Shown: positions 28,886 to 37,984, numbered from the stretch's first letter. The stretch: 64,000 bases of DNA from Candidatus Latescibacterota bacterium (GCA_965200315.1 OZ241362.1:2624001-2688000); one strand, 5' to 3'. Translations and numbers: made by a program. The notes: generated by a model from the sequence alone, not told the origin.

Positions 28886-29927
28886 TTGGGCCGAGCGGGG
28901 CCTGTTGCCCGATATGCTCATCCGCTGGGGCATTCGCCGCTTCAATCGCGGGCGGTTGCGGCAAGAGCGGGGCGCGGACTGCGAGGCCGAGCAGGCGGCC
29001 AAATGCCGCTTCATCGCCTCAATGGATCAAGCACCCATCGCCCTGCATACGCAGAGTGCCAACGAGCAGCACTACGAGCTGCCGCCCGAGTTTTTCCAAC
29101 TGGTTCTGGGCCGTCACCTCAAGTACAGCGGCTGTTACTTCCCCGCGCCGACGGCCAGCCTAGACCAAGCAGAAGCGGCCATGCTGGAACGGACCTGTCA
29201 GCGCGCCGACCTACAAGACGGCCAAGACGTGCTGGAACTAGGGTGCGGCTGGGGGTCGCTGACCTTGTGGATGGCGCAACATTATCCCAGTAGCCGCATC
29301 ACCGCAGTATCCAATTCAACCTTGCAGCGCAACTTTATCGAAGCGCACAGCAAGGAGCAAGGGCTGGACAATGTCGCGGTGATCACCGCAGATATGAACG
29401 ATTTCGCCGCACCGGGACGCTACGACCGGGTAGTATCGGTGGAGATGTTCGAGCATATACGCAATTACCGCGAGCTAATGCGGCTCATCGCCGGCTGGCT
29501 CAAACCGGCTGGTTTGCTTTTCATCCACATCTTCGTCCATCGCCTCTACGCCTACGCCTTTGCCGCCGAAGGGGAAGAAAACTGGATGGGGCGTTATTTT
29601 TTTACCGGCGGCATCATGCCCTCCGACGATCTGCTACACTACTTTCAGGACGATCTAGTCTTAGAGGCACAGTGGCGAGTTGATGGCCGGCACTATGCCC
29701 GCACAGCCGAGCATTGGCTGGCCAATCTCGACGCTCGGCGTTCGGAGGCCCTCGCCATTTTGGAACGCCAGTACGGCGCAGCCCAAAAGCGGCGCTGGTT
29801 ACAGCGCTGGCGCATGTTCTTTATGGCTTGCGCCGAATTGTGGGGCTACAACGGCGGGCAGGAGTGGTGGGTGTCGCACTACCGCTTTAAGCGGCGGGAT
29901 GACGTAGGAATCAAAAGAAAGCAGTGA
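28869..29927 (+). CDS. Second Cfa-family (coclaurine N-methyltransferase-like) SAM methyltransferase
   Basis: [50 protein letters not shown]; start ATG 28869. Confidence 0.88.
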   Translation: MLNAIDWAERGLLPDMLIRWGIRRFNRGRLRQERGADCEAEQAAKCRFIASMDQAPIALHTQSANEQHYELPPEFFQLVLGRHLKYSGCYFPAPTASLDQAEAAMLERTCQRADLQDGQDVLELGCGWGSLTLWMAQHYPSSRITAVSNSTLQRNFIEAHSKEQGLDNVAVITADMNDFAAPGRYDRVVSVEMFEHIRNYRELMRLIAGWLKPAGLLFIHIFVHRLYAYAFAAEGEENWMGRYFFTGGIMPSDDLLHYFQDDLVLEAQWRVDGRHYARTAEHWLANLDARRSEALAILERQYGAAQKRRWLQRWRMFFMACAELWGYNGGQEWWVSHYRFKRRDDVGIKRKQ

Positions 29928-29959
29928 GTTTCGCTTTATTAGGCTAAACGGAGTATAGA

Positions 29960-32203
29960 ATGGCAATTCTTAGATGTTTGGTGGCCCTCTTGGCAGCCAT
30001 GCCCGTAGCGGCCCAAGCCCCAGAGGCCACCTTGAGCGGTTTTGTCACCGACGCCGACAGCGGCGAAGCCCTGATCTTGGCGACGGTCGTGGTGGAAGGG
30101 CTTCAGCTCGGAGCGGCCAGCAATAACAGCGGCTACTATGCAGTCAAGCAAGTGCCAGCGGGTACGCACGTGGTGAGCACGTCGCACATAGGCTACCAGA
30201 CCCGGCGGGACACGCTGCGCTTTGGCACCGACGAAGCCGTGCGGCTCGATGTGGCACTGGTGCCCAAGCCGGTGGACATTGGCGAAGAGGTCTTGGTGGA
30301 AGCCGAGCGCCGCGAAGAGCTGGAGCAGGCCACCCAGAGCAGTTTTATCGTCCTACAGGTCGAGCCGTTGCAGCAAATGCCGGCCATTGGCGAGGCCGAT
30401 CTCCTCCGCAGCTTGCAACTGTTGCCGGGCATCCAGTCGGCTTCGGATATTAGCAGCGGCCTGTACGTGCGCGGCGGCGGGCCCGACCAAACGGCCATCC
30501 TCCTCGACCACATCCCCCTGTACAATCCCTCCCACCTCTTCGGCTTTTTCTCGACCTTCAATCCAGACGCCATCAAGGATGTCCAGCTATACAAAGGAGC
30601 CTATCCGGCCGCGTATGGCCGGACGCTCGGAGCGGTGCTCGACGTGAGCAACCGCGAGGGCAACCGACAACGCTTCAGCGGCCGGGGCGGCATCAGTATG
30701 ATTGCGAGCCGCTTGCTGGCCGAAGGGCCGGTGGGGCAAGGATCGTGGATGATGGCCGGCCGCCGCACGTATCTAGAACCCATACTCAGCACCATCCGCT
30801 CTCGCGGCGTGGACATCCCGTTTAGCTACTACTTCTACGACTTCAACGGCAAAGTCAACCAGCGGTGGGGCGACGACACCTTTACCGTGAGCACGTACTG
30901 GGGCCAAGACGATCTGCGGGCGGACGCAGAAGAAGAGGATGAATCCTTTGCCGATTTGCGCTGGGGCAACCGCGCCGTGACCGTACGCTGGACGCGGGTG
31001 TTCTCGCCGACCCTGTTTGGGCACTTCATGGCGGCCGGCTCGTCGTACGAAAGCACCCTCTTGTTCAGCTTATTCGACACGCCGTTTGGCATTGCCAACA
31101 GCATTCGCGATTGGTCGTTCAAAGGCGATGTGGATTACTTCGCCAACCGCGACCACACCCTCACACTCGGCTTTCTGGCTACCCTGTTCGAGTTCGACTA
31201 TTCCCAATCCTTCAACCAAGAGGAGCAGTCCTTGTACCAGAAGTCGGTGCTGGCCTCGGCCTACGTCCAAGACGAGTGGCAGGCCGGGCCCATCACGCGG
31301 CTGCGGCTCGGGGGCCGAGGCACTTATTTCAGTGTTGGGGATCGCCTGCACTTTATGCCTCGGCTGTCCCTCAGTCGCGCCCTCAGCGAAAACATCCGCG
31401 TCAAGGCCGCCGCGGGCATGTACCGCCAGTACCTGCAATTGATCACCACCGAAGTCTTTAGCGGCGGTGATTTCTGGGTGCCGCTCGACAGCAGCGTTGA
31501 GCCGGGCCGCTCGTATCAGGGGGTGGTGGGAACCGAGTGGGACCCGTCGCGGCGCTATCAGCTCTCCGTGGAGGCCTACTACACCGACTTGGCCAATTTG
31601 GTGGTGCTGGACAACGCGGTGGCCGTCGATAGCGAAGGCACGCGCTCGGATGACATATTCAAAAGCGGGGGCACCGGCTGGGCCAGCGGAGTCGAAGTCT
31701 TTTTGCAGCGGCGCACCGGAGCACTCACCGGCTGGGTGGGCTATACGTTGGGCTGGACGCGGCGCACCTTTCCCGAGCTAAACGGCGGACGCGCCTTCTC
31801 CCCCAAGTACGACCGCCGCCACGACCTGTCTTTTGTGGTCTCATACAACTTGGGGAAATGGCGCCTTGGCTCGAATCTCGTGTACGCCACCGGGCAGGCC
31901 TTCACCCCGGCCTCGGCCCGCTATTCGCTGCGCGAGCCGACCACCGGGTCGCTGCAAGACTACGTGCTACCAGCCGAGCGCAATAGTGCCCGCCTACTGC
32001 CTTACCATCGCCTCGACGCCAGTGCCAGCCGCGAGTTTGGGCTGTGGGGCCTCGACGCCGAGTTCTACCTGCAAATTTTCAATCTCTACAGCCGGCGCAA
32101 CGAGTGGTTTGTGCTATTCGACACAAACAATTCCGAGACCGAGCCGGAGGTGTTCAAGCAACTGCCCATCGTGCCGACGCTGGGTTTCAATTTTGCGTTT
32201 TGA
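29960..32203 (+). CDS. TonB-dependent receptor (paralog 2)
   Basis: Same architecture as 19617-21782 with long near-identical DNA blocks; signal peptide; ends GFNFAF. Confidence 0.88.
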   Translation: MAILRCLVALLAAMPVAAQAPEATLSGFVTDADSGEALILATVVVEGLQLGAASNNSGYYAVKQVPAGTHVVSTSHIGYQTRRDTLRFGTDEAVRLDVALVPKPVDIGEEVLVEAERREELEQATQSSFIVLQVEPLQQMPAIGEADLLRSLQLLPGIQSASDISSGLYVRGGGPDQTAILLDHIPLYNPSHLFGFFSTFNPDAIKDVQLYKGAYPAAYGRTLGAVLDVSNREGNRQRFSGRGGISMIASRLLAEGPVGQGSWMMAGRRTYLEPILSTIRSRGVDIPFSYYFYDFNGKVNQRWGDDTFTVSTYWGQDDLRADAEEEDESFADLRWGNRAVTVRWTRVFSPTLFGHFMAAGSSYESTLLFSLFDTPFGIANSIRDWSFKGDVDYFANRDHTLTLGFLATLFEFDYSQSFNQEEQSLYQKSVLASAYVQDEWQAGPITRLRLGGRGTYFSVGDRLHFMPRLSLSRALSENIRVKAAAGMYRQYLQLITTEVFSGGDFWVPLDSSVEPGRSYQGVVGTEWDPSRRYQLSVEAYYTDLANLVVLDNAVAVDSEGTRSDDIFKSGGTGWASGVEVFLQRRTGALTGWVGYTLGWTRRTFPELNGGRAFSPKYDRRHDLSFVVSYNLGKWRLGSNLVYATGQAFTPASARYSLREPTTGSLQDYVLPAERNSARLLPYHRLDASASREFGLWGLDAEFYLQIFNLYSRRNEWFVLFDTNNSETEPEVFKQLPIVPTLGFNFAF

Positions 32204-32215
32204 GGAGAAACAAAA

Positions 32216-32488
32216 ATGGGGACGGAATGCATTCTCAGCGACTATCTTGAACAGGCCATGGAAGTGGCGGTTTACGACAAGTTGGATGACGGCACCTTCG
32301 CCGGGCGGATTCCACCATGCAAGGGTGTTATTGCTTTTGGAACCACGCTGAAGGAGTGTGAACGTTTATTGCGCTCCACTTTGGAGGACTGGTTGCTCCT
32401 CGGCCTGAGACTTGGGCACACTCTACCGGTTCTTTCGGGGATCAACCTAAATAAGGAACTAGCTCGTGAGCCGTTGGGTGCCATGTAA
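32216..32488 (+). CDS. hicB: HicB-family antitoxin (partial RNase H fold)
   Basis: YDKLDDGTFAGRIPPCKGVIAFGTTLKEC...LEDWLLLGL..GHTLP; SD GAGGAG. Confidence 0.8.
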   Translation: MGTECILSDYLEQAMEVAVYDKLDDGTFAGRIPPCKGVIAFGTTLKECERLLRSTLEDWLLLGLRLGHTLPVLSGINLNKELAREPLGAM

Positions 32489-32696
32489 GCGCATTCTTTT
32501 TATTTGGCGCTTGCGTGGCCTTGGCTTTGACGGACCCTTCTCGGGTTCACGACATCAGTTCATGCTCCGTGGGAATCATCGACTAACCCTCCCGTCTAAC
32601 GAGGAATACTCAGTTCCGCAGCTTCGTATGATGATTCGCGAAGTGGAAGGAATAATTGAACGGAGGATAACTTTAGACGAATGGAGTCGTCTATAG
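32466..32696 (+). CDS. hicA: HicA-family toxin
   Basis: LRGLGFDGPFSGSRHQFM...LTLP...LRMMIRE; overlaps hicB. Confidence 0.78.
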   Translation: MSRWVPCKRILFIWRLRGLGFDGPFSGSRHQFMLRGNHRLTLPSNEEYSVPQLRMMIREVEGIIERRITLDEWSRL

Positions 32697-32715
32697 CGGC
32701 CGGGAATCCGGTCAG

Positions 32716-32779
32716 AGGTGTTCAAACAGTTGCCCAGCGTGCCGACGCTGGGTTTCAACTTTGCGTTTTAAGGAGGAAA
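32716..32779 (+). repeat. Imperfect direct duplicate of the receptor gene 3' end (32147-32210)
   Basis: GAGGTGTTCAAACAGTTGCCCAGCGTGCCGACGCTGGGTTTCAACTTTGCGTTTTAAGGAGG vs GAGGTGTTCAAGCAACTGCCCATCGTGCCGACGCTGGGTTTCAATTTTGCGTTTTGAGGAGA. Confidence 0.92.
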
Positions 32780-32781
32780 TC

Positions 32782-33834
32782 GTGCGTTACGTTTTTACTA
32801 AGTACCCGACACTTGGCTTGGGCGGGCGTTTTTGGGTATCGCCCTGGGATCGCGGGCGTCTCGCCCGCCTGCGGGCAGGATGCCCGCGATCCCAAGAAAA
32901 CCCCTACGGTCGGGTACTTAGCGTTTTTATCGTATTATGCCTGACGGCTTGCGCTGCCGAGCGCCAGCCGGGGGATCTCTTCGGCTCGGTAGAAGAAGGC
33001 AGCGAGCTGGTGGTGGACGGGATTCTGCTAGTTGATCAGACCCTGCCCGAATTGTTCGTGCGGCGCACCCTGCCTCCCGGCCAAGCCTACAGCCGGGAAG
33101 CGGCGGGGGTGTCCAATGCCCAAGTGCGCGTCTTCCAAGGGGATCGAGTCTTTGAGTACGCACCCGACCCGGCTACACCCGGCCGCTATCTGCCACCATC
33201 AGATTCTCTCCAAGTGGAACCCCAGACCGAGTACCGGCTAGAAGTAAAAGTCGCGGGAAAGACGGTCCGGGCGAGCACCACCACGCCAGAGCGAGTGCGG
33301 ATACGGCAGGCGGTTTTATTGGACGAAGACACCCAAGAGATCATGCGGACTCTCAAGTCATTTGCCGAGGTGGGGGACGAGGTGTACACGGCACCGGAAA
33401 ATCAGCTTATCCATCTGGACGGCCTGCTCGAACTCCGCTTGGAAAAGGCGGGGGTGGCATACCAAGCGGCACTCTTCGCCTTGGAAGAGGACGCGCAGTT
33501 GCTCGACGAGGATTTCCCAGATATATACGACCAGGACCCGGAAGACTTGCGGGCCAACCAATCGCCGCCCTTCGCCGCCAGCGACGGAATCGTGCGCTGG
33601 CCGTGGTTCGCCGTGGTTTATACCGGGCGTTCTCTGATAAGGGTGTACGCACTCGACCACAACTGGTTTGAGTACGCCCGCTCTAGCCCCGACCTCCAAG
33701 AAGAACAGGGCGGCTTTGGGGGGATGGCTGGCGAAAATTTCGAGCGGCCGTTTTTTTCTGTGGAGGGCGGCATCGGGCTGTTCGGCTCGGCGTCGGTGGA
33801 TTCGGTGGGGTTCGTCGTTTTGCCGCGGCCGTAG
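32782..33834 (+). CDS. Lipoprotein partner of TonB receptor (DUF4249-like), signal peptide interrupted in-frame
   Basis: SD AGGAGG, GTG 32782; lipobox LTAC; ELVVDG, YRLEV, VEGGIGLFGS. Confidence 0.72.
   Translation: MRYVFTKYPTLGLGGRFWVSPWDRGRLARLRAGCPRSQENPYGRVLSVFIVLCLTACAAERQPGDLFGSVEEGSELVVDGILLVDQTLPELFVRRTLPPGQAYSREAAGVSNAQVRVFQGDRVFEYAPDPATPGRYLPPSDSLQVEPQTEYRLEVKVAGKTVRASTTTPERVRIRQAVLLDEDTQEIMRTLKSFAEVGDEVYTAPENQLIHLDGLLELRLEKAGVAYQAALFALEEDAQLLDEDFPDIYDQDPEDLRANQSPPFAASDGIVRWPWFAVVYTGRSLIRVYALDHNWFEYARSSPDLQEEQGGFGGMAGENFERPFFSVEGGIGLFGSASVDSVGFVVLPRP
32801..32918. mobile_element. 118-bp MITE with perfect TIRs, TA duplication and internal REP doublet
   Basis: TA|AGTACCCGAC ... GTCGGGTACT|TA; internal inverted pair TGGGATCGCGGGCGTCTCGCCCGC-CT-GCGGGCAGGATGCCCGCGATCCCA (32845-32894); empty site ACTAGC. 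Confidence 0.88.
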
Positions 33835-33850
33835 CGCCCGGCGACAGCCG

Positions 33851-34354
33851 TTACTCCGCGCCCTGCGGCTTCCTGCCCGCTAAGTCCCGATCCATCAGAA
33901 AGAGGCCGTCGCGGCTTTCGACGATGCGCTCCATGTCGCTGACGATATTGCGGACGATGGCCTCCTCCTCCACCTGCTCGTTGACAAACCACTGCATAAA
34001 AGTATGCGTGGCGTGATCGCGCTCGGCGAGAGCCTCATCTACCACCGCATAGATTTTCTCGCTCAAAGCCCGCTCGCCTTCTAGGGCGAACTTGAAGGCG
34101 TCCAGCGGCGAGTCCCACTCGCTGTGTGGCGCAGCGATGGCCTGCAAGCGCACGCGGCCGTCGCGGTCGTTGATGAAAGCATAGACCCTTTCCGCGTGCA
34201 TCAGCTCCTCTTGGTACTGGATCTTCATCCAGTGGGCAAAACCATTGAGGTCGAGGTCCTCGAAATAAGCCGCCATCGACAGGTAGGTATAGGCCGAGGA
34301 AAACTCGTAATTGAGTTGATCGTTGAGTGCCTGCTGTAATTTTTCACTGAGCAT
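33851..34354 (-). CDS. ftnA: Ferritin
   Basis: ALNDQLNYE, YLSMAAYF, EELMHA, DHATHTFMQWFVNEQVEEE ferroxidase pattern. Confidence 0.92.
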   Translation of the reverse strand: MLSEKLQQALNDQLNYEFSSAYTYLSMAAYFEDLDLNGFAHWMKIQYQEELMHAERVYAFINDRDGRVRLQAIAAPHSEWDSPLDAFKFALEGERALSEKIYAVVDEALAERDHATHTFMQWFVNEQVEEEAIVRNIVSDMERIVESRDGLFLMDRDLAGRKPQGAE

Positions 34355-36740
34355 CTTTTCCTCCTTGATTAGCGGCTACAATACTGTGGCCGGACTGCAC
34401 GGTCTCAGTCGCCTGCTTGAGCACTCGGCTGCGCTCGTACAACTCGGCTAAGTCCATTTCTCTGAGAAACACCAAGCCCCGCGTGGCGCGAATTAGGGGG
34501 CTGGGGTGTTCTTGAAACCACTCGCGGCCGAGGCACGTTTTGATTTTCTGGTACTGCTCTACCTGCACCCGGCGCGCCAGCTCCGAGAACGGGCCGTCGT
34601 GTTCGTAGCTGGGGAACGAAGCGTCGCGCTGAGAGATGAAATTGCTCATAAACGCGCTCTGCATAACCGAGAGCATGTTGAGCGAGACCGGCACAAAAAT
34701 GTTGGCCTCGCTGGGATCGAAGCGATACCACACATTGCGATAGCCCCAAACCTTGATGGGCGCGTCTTTGCGCTGCCGTTCGTAGCGACGCAGGGACTCG
34801 GTGACAGCCTGCAACACCTTGTAGTGCGTGTCCGGGCCGCTGGCCTCTGGGTCTAGTGCCACGCTAACCACATCGGGGGCGACTTCTTCGAGGAGCGAGA
34901 GCACGGGCAGCACGTCGCCTTCCACCGTCGGGTCCTCGGTAAAGAGGTCTCCCGTGTAAAACCCAAGGCGCAAGTGCTTAACGCTGGTGCAGTCCCACCC
35001 GAGATAGCCCCACGTACATTCGGCCTCCCACTCTCTACACAAACCCTTGAGGGTCTGCACTTGCGGCGCGTCTTTTTGGCCGGGATAGCGGCTGGCAAAA
35101 TAGGCATCCAGCTCGGCCAGTAGCTTCTCAATGCTCGCGCGGTCTTCGACGCCATACAGCGCGACGAGGTTGCGCAAGAAGCGCCGCGCCATCCCCTCGT
35201 CGCACATCCGCGCATCGTCGGCTGCCACCCCGTCGAGATACAGCCAAACATCGCGATTGCGGCCGTGCTCGTAGCTTGGCGCAAAGTAGTCTTCGGCTAG
35301 CAACTCAACGCACTCGTCACTGGGCAAGAAGTGCCGCAGCCGCTCGATGTGATCCTCGATAAAGCGGTTGGTCACCGCGGTGAAGCCGCCGGTGAAGCAG
35401 ACGAAGTAATGCACATTAGTAGCGTCGCGTACGTGGCGGACGATATAGGGCAGATAGCCGAGCATTAGGTCGTCGTGGTGCGGCTCGGTGTGGAGGAAGC
35501 GCGTACCGGAAAGGGTCTGGCAGCCGCGCTCAATTTTGCCGATCAAGCGGTCGCGCACCCTGTGCGTCAAGGTCTCGACCGGTTCGGCGCGCCCCTGCAA
35601 AAGCACCGCCCCTAGCTCGTCTTGCGCCAGCTCCGCCTCGGTCAAATCGACGACCTTCTTGCCCAATTTGCCAGCGAGCTCGACGACGATCTTTTCTACC
35701 GCTTCGTCGTCGATAGCCTGCTGCTGCAAAAGCACCCGCTGCCGCACCCGCAGCAACTTGGCCGCGCCGCGCGTGATGTAAAACCGCGCACTTGGCAGGC
35801 GGTGCAAGACCGAGGCCGGATAGCGCACATCGGCCGCTTGCTCAATGGCCGCGGCGACAATCCCCGCCTTGGCCTCGCCCGCCGCGATAATCACGGCGCA
35901 GGCATCGGGACGGGCGGCGATGGTGCCGAGGCCAATGGTAATGACCAACCGCTTGCGCGCTACCTCCATGCCACCTAAATCGGCGGCCGCGGCCGCTTGC
36001 GTCTCGTAGTTGACCTCAGTCAGCCGCGTCGTCGAGAAGTGGTCTGAGCCGCGCACGTTGAAGCCAATGTGTCCGTCCGGGCCAATACCGCCCAAAAAGA
36101 AGCCAATGCCGCCCAAGGCGCGGATTCGCTCCTCGTATTCCAAGCACCACTGGTCGATCCTTTGCAGCGCGTCTTGCTGCACTTGCTCCAATAGGGTGCG
36201 CGCAGGCCGGTGGCGCAGCGACAAGTCAACCGCGCCGTCGGGCCACACCTCGGCGAGAGTCTGGCCGGGCCGCAAGCCGATCTCGGCGCAGTTGATCAGC
36301 AGTGCTTTAGCCGGGTCGAGCCCAAAGCCGTCGATGTAGAAGCGGTTTACATAGCTGTAGAAGCTGTTGTCCTGCCGGGGATCTATTGGATAAAACTCGT
36401 CGATCTGCACAAAGTGCAGGCCGCGCAGTTCCGGCTTGCTCGCCGGATTGACGCCGGCTTCTGCGAGCATGCACTGGACTTCGGCTTCGCCCCAATGCCG
36501 CGTCAACTGCTGGACCCAACGGATGAAGTACTGCGGAGTCTTGCCCGTCGGCAACGAGATCACGCCCTCGGGATGCTCCTGCACCCATTCGATGAAGCGC
36601 ATCGCCGCCAGCTTGCCCAGCCCCGGGAAGTTCGCCACCACAATGGTTTTGATCTTTTCGCTCGGCGGATAGAGCGCGTCAAAGGGAGACGCGGTTACGG
36701 CGCGGCATTCGACAGGGGTGAGATCATGGGGGTCGGTCAT
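34344..36740 (-). CDS. nagB: Glucosamine-6-phosphate deaminase with C-terminal PIG-L-like domain
   Basis: LPTGKTP, QIDEFY, GGIGPDGHIGFN, ITIGLGTI; C-terminal EPHHDD and DPEASGPDTH, FPSYEHDGPF. Confidence 0.82.
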   Translation of the reverse strand: MTDPHDLTPVECRAVTASPFDALYPPSEKIKTIVVANFPGLGKLAAMRFIEWVQEHPEGVISLPTGKTPQYFIRWVQQLTRHWGEAEVQCMLAEAGVNPASKPELRGLHFVQIDEFYPIDPRQDNSFYSYVNRFYIDGFGLDPAKALLINCAEIGLRPGQTLAEVWPDGAVDLSLRHRPARTLLEQVQQDALQRIDQWCLEYEERIRALGGIGFFLGGIGPDGHIGFNVRGSDHFSTTRLTEVNYETQAAAAADLGGMEVARKRLVITIGLGTIAARPDACAVIIAAGEAKAGIVAAAIEQAADVRYPASVLHRLPSARFYITRGAAKLLRVRQRVLLQQQAIDDEAVEKIVVELAGKLGKKVVDLTEAELAQDELGAVLLQGRAEPVETLTHRVRDRLIGKIERGCQTLSGTRFLHTEPHHDDLMLGYLPYIVRHVRDATNVHYFVCFTGGFTAVTNRFIEDHIERLRHFLPSDECVELLAEDYFAPSYEHGRNRDVWLYLDGVAADDARMCDEGMARRFLRNLVALYGVEDRASIEKLLAELDAYFASRYPGQKDAPQVQTLKGLCREWEAECTWGYLGWDCTSVKHLRLGFYTGDLFTEDPTVEGDVLPVLSLLEEVAPDVVSVALDPEASGPDTHYKVLQAVTESLRRYERQRKDAPIKVWGYRNVWYRFDPSEANIFVPVSLNMLSVMQSAFMSNFISQRDASFPSYEHDGPFSELARRVQVEQYQKIKTCLGREWFQEHPSPLIRATRGLVFLREMDLAELYERSRVLKQATETVQSGHSIVAANQGGKDAQ

Positions 36741-36817
36741 CGTTTAGATTCTCTCGCGGCGTCTTGCCCTAGTCGTTCCTGCGAAAACAGGAATCGGTTT
36801 CTTTAGGCATCTAGTCA

Positions 36818-37954
36818 TTAGTTATCTACTCTTAGCTTTTCCGGATCGTATCCGTATTTTTCGAGTAACTTTTTAGCATGGCTAATGGCATATTTGCAGG
36901 AGGCATGACACTCAATGTAGAGATCGTTTTTTAGTCTATGTTCTGTAAAGAATTCACGGCCTGATGGGTGTGTGGGTTTTTGATCTATTAACACTCGTTT
37001 GCGACTTCCGGCTACTTTGATAGGGCAGTCTGACGATTTCAAATTTCCCTTATCTATCAGCCAGTTCGCAGTATTTATCAATATTTCATAAACACGTGTC
37101 AATTCATAATGCACACCATCGATTTCCATCCATTGGGGCTTGCTGGGCTTACTTTTTATTTGGACCTGGGTTTTGGCGTTGGATGTTTTTATGGATGAAT
37201 CCATCTTTTGTGGTTCAGGAATGAGAATCCATTTTTCCTGATGCAAACGAATGAACTGCGAAATTTCGCCAACGTCATTCTCCTGTAATTTGAGACCACA
37301 AATGTCCTCGGTTGTCTCTTTTATTATGTCCTCGGTTGTCTCTTTTATTAATTCCACCAATAATGATGAGCCGTTGCCGCTGTCCTCGATGATACGGTTC
37401 CATGCTTTGGGCATACTCTCTCTAAAGATCTTCTCCTTTTGCCGTCTATCCAAAATAGACTCGGCGTGTTGAACTGCTTTGCCAGAACCAACATTTTGTC
37501 GAGAAAGTAAAAGATCGAACTCGCCAGCAATATGCCTTATTTCTTGCTTTGAAATATCTAGAATATCAAATCGGCGATCTTTCCAATCACATTCTTTCAA
37601 TGAAAGATAGAACCACCAAGAAATTCCATTGGTCAAAATAGCTAGCTTAACCCCTCTCTCAAAGGAATAATCGAGGAGTTGCTTCTGGTGATTGTCCAAA
37701 TTCTCTCCCGGTTTCTTAGCTTCGAGAAACACTTTATTTTCGCCATTGATTTGTAAGGCATAGTCAACTCTTCGTTCTCCAACGCCATACTCTGCCTCAA
37801 TCTCAGGGCCGTAAATGTCCCAGCCAAGCAAACTCAAGATACGCTCAATAATCCTTCTCTTGGCATTTGCTTCGTTCAAGGTAGAAATACTAGCATCTTC
37901 TCTGATTTCTTTTAGGCAATCACCCAAGGTCTGCATAGTTGCTCCCTCCGTCAT
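36818..37954 (-). CDS. Restriction endonuclease-like protein (HsdR N-terminal type PD-(D/E)xK domain)
   Basis: NEANAK, ILSLLGWD, EAEY...RVDYAL...FLEAK, QLLDY, ILTNGISW; AT-rich relative to neighbours; no helicase domain. Confidence 0.82.
   Translation of the reverse strand: MTEGATMQTLGDCLKEIREDASISTLNEANAKRRIIERILSLLGWDIYGPEIEAEYGVGERRVDYALQINGENKVFLEAKKPGENLDNHQKQLLDYSFERGVKLAILTNGISWWFYLSLKECDWKDRRFDILDISKQEIRHIAGEFDLLLSRQNVGSGKAVQHAESILDRRQKEKIFRESMPKAWNRIIEDSGNGSSLLVELIKETTEDIIKETTEDICGLKLQENDVGEISQFIRLHQEKWILIPEPQKMDSSIKTSNAKTQVQIKSKPSKPQWMEIDGVHYELTRVYEILINTANWLIDKGNLKSSDCPIKVAGSRKRVLIDQKPTHPSGREFFTEHRLKNDLYIECHASCKYAISHAKKLLEKYGYDPEKLRVDN
37302..37349. repeat. 24-bp in-frame tandem duplication (IKETTEDI x2)
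   Basis: ATGTCCTCGGTTGTCTCTTTTATT twice. Confidence 0.95.
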
Positions 37955-37984
37955 AAATCCGCATGACTTACAATCTACAAATCC

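Noticed and set aside
29959-29980. ATGGCAATTCTTAGATG resembling the MITE terminus
   Set aside because: Weak match, no TA flank or partner; simply the receptor start.
32761-32781. TTG start for the lipoprotein
   Set aside because: Lies in the duplicated receptor tail; SD AGGAGG points to GTG 32782.
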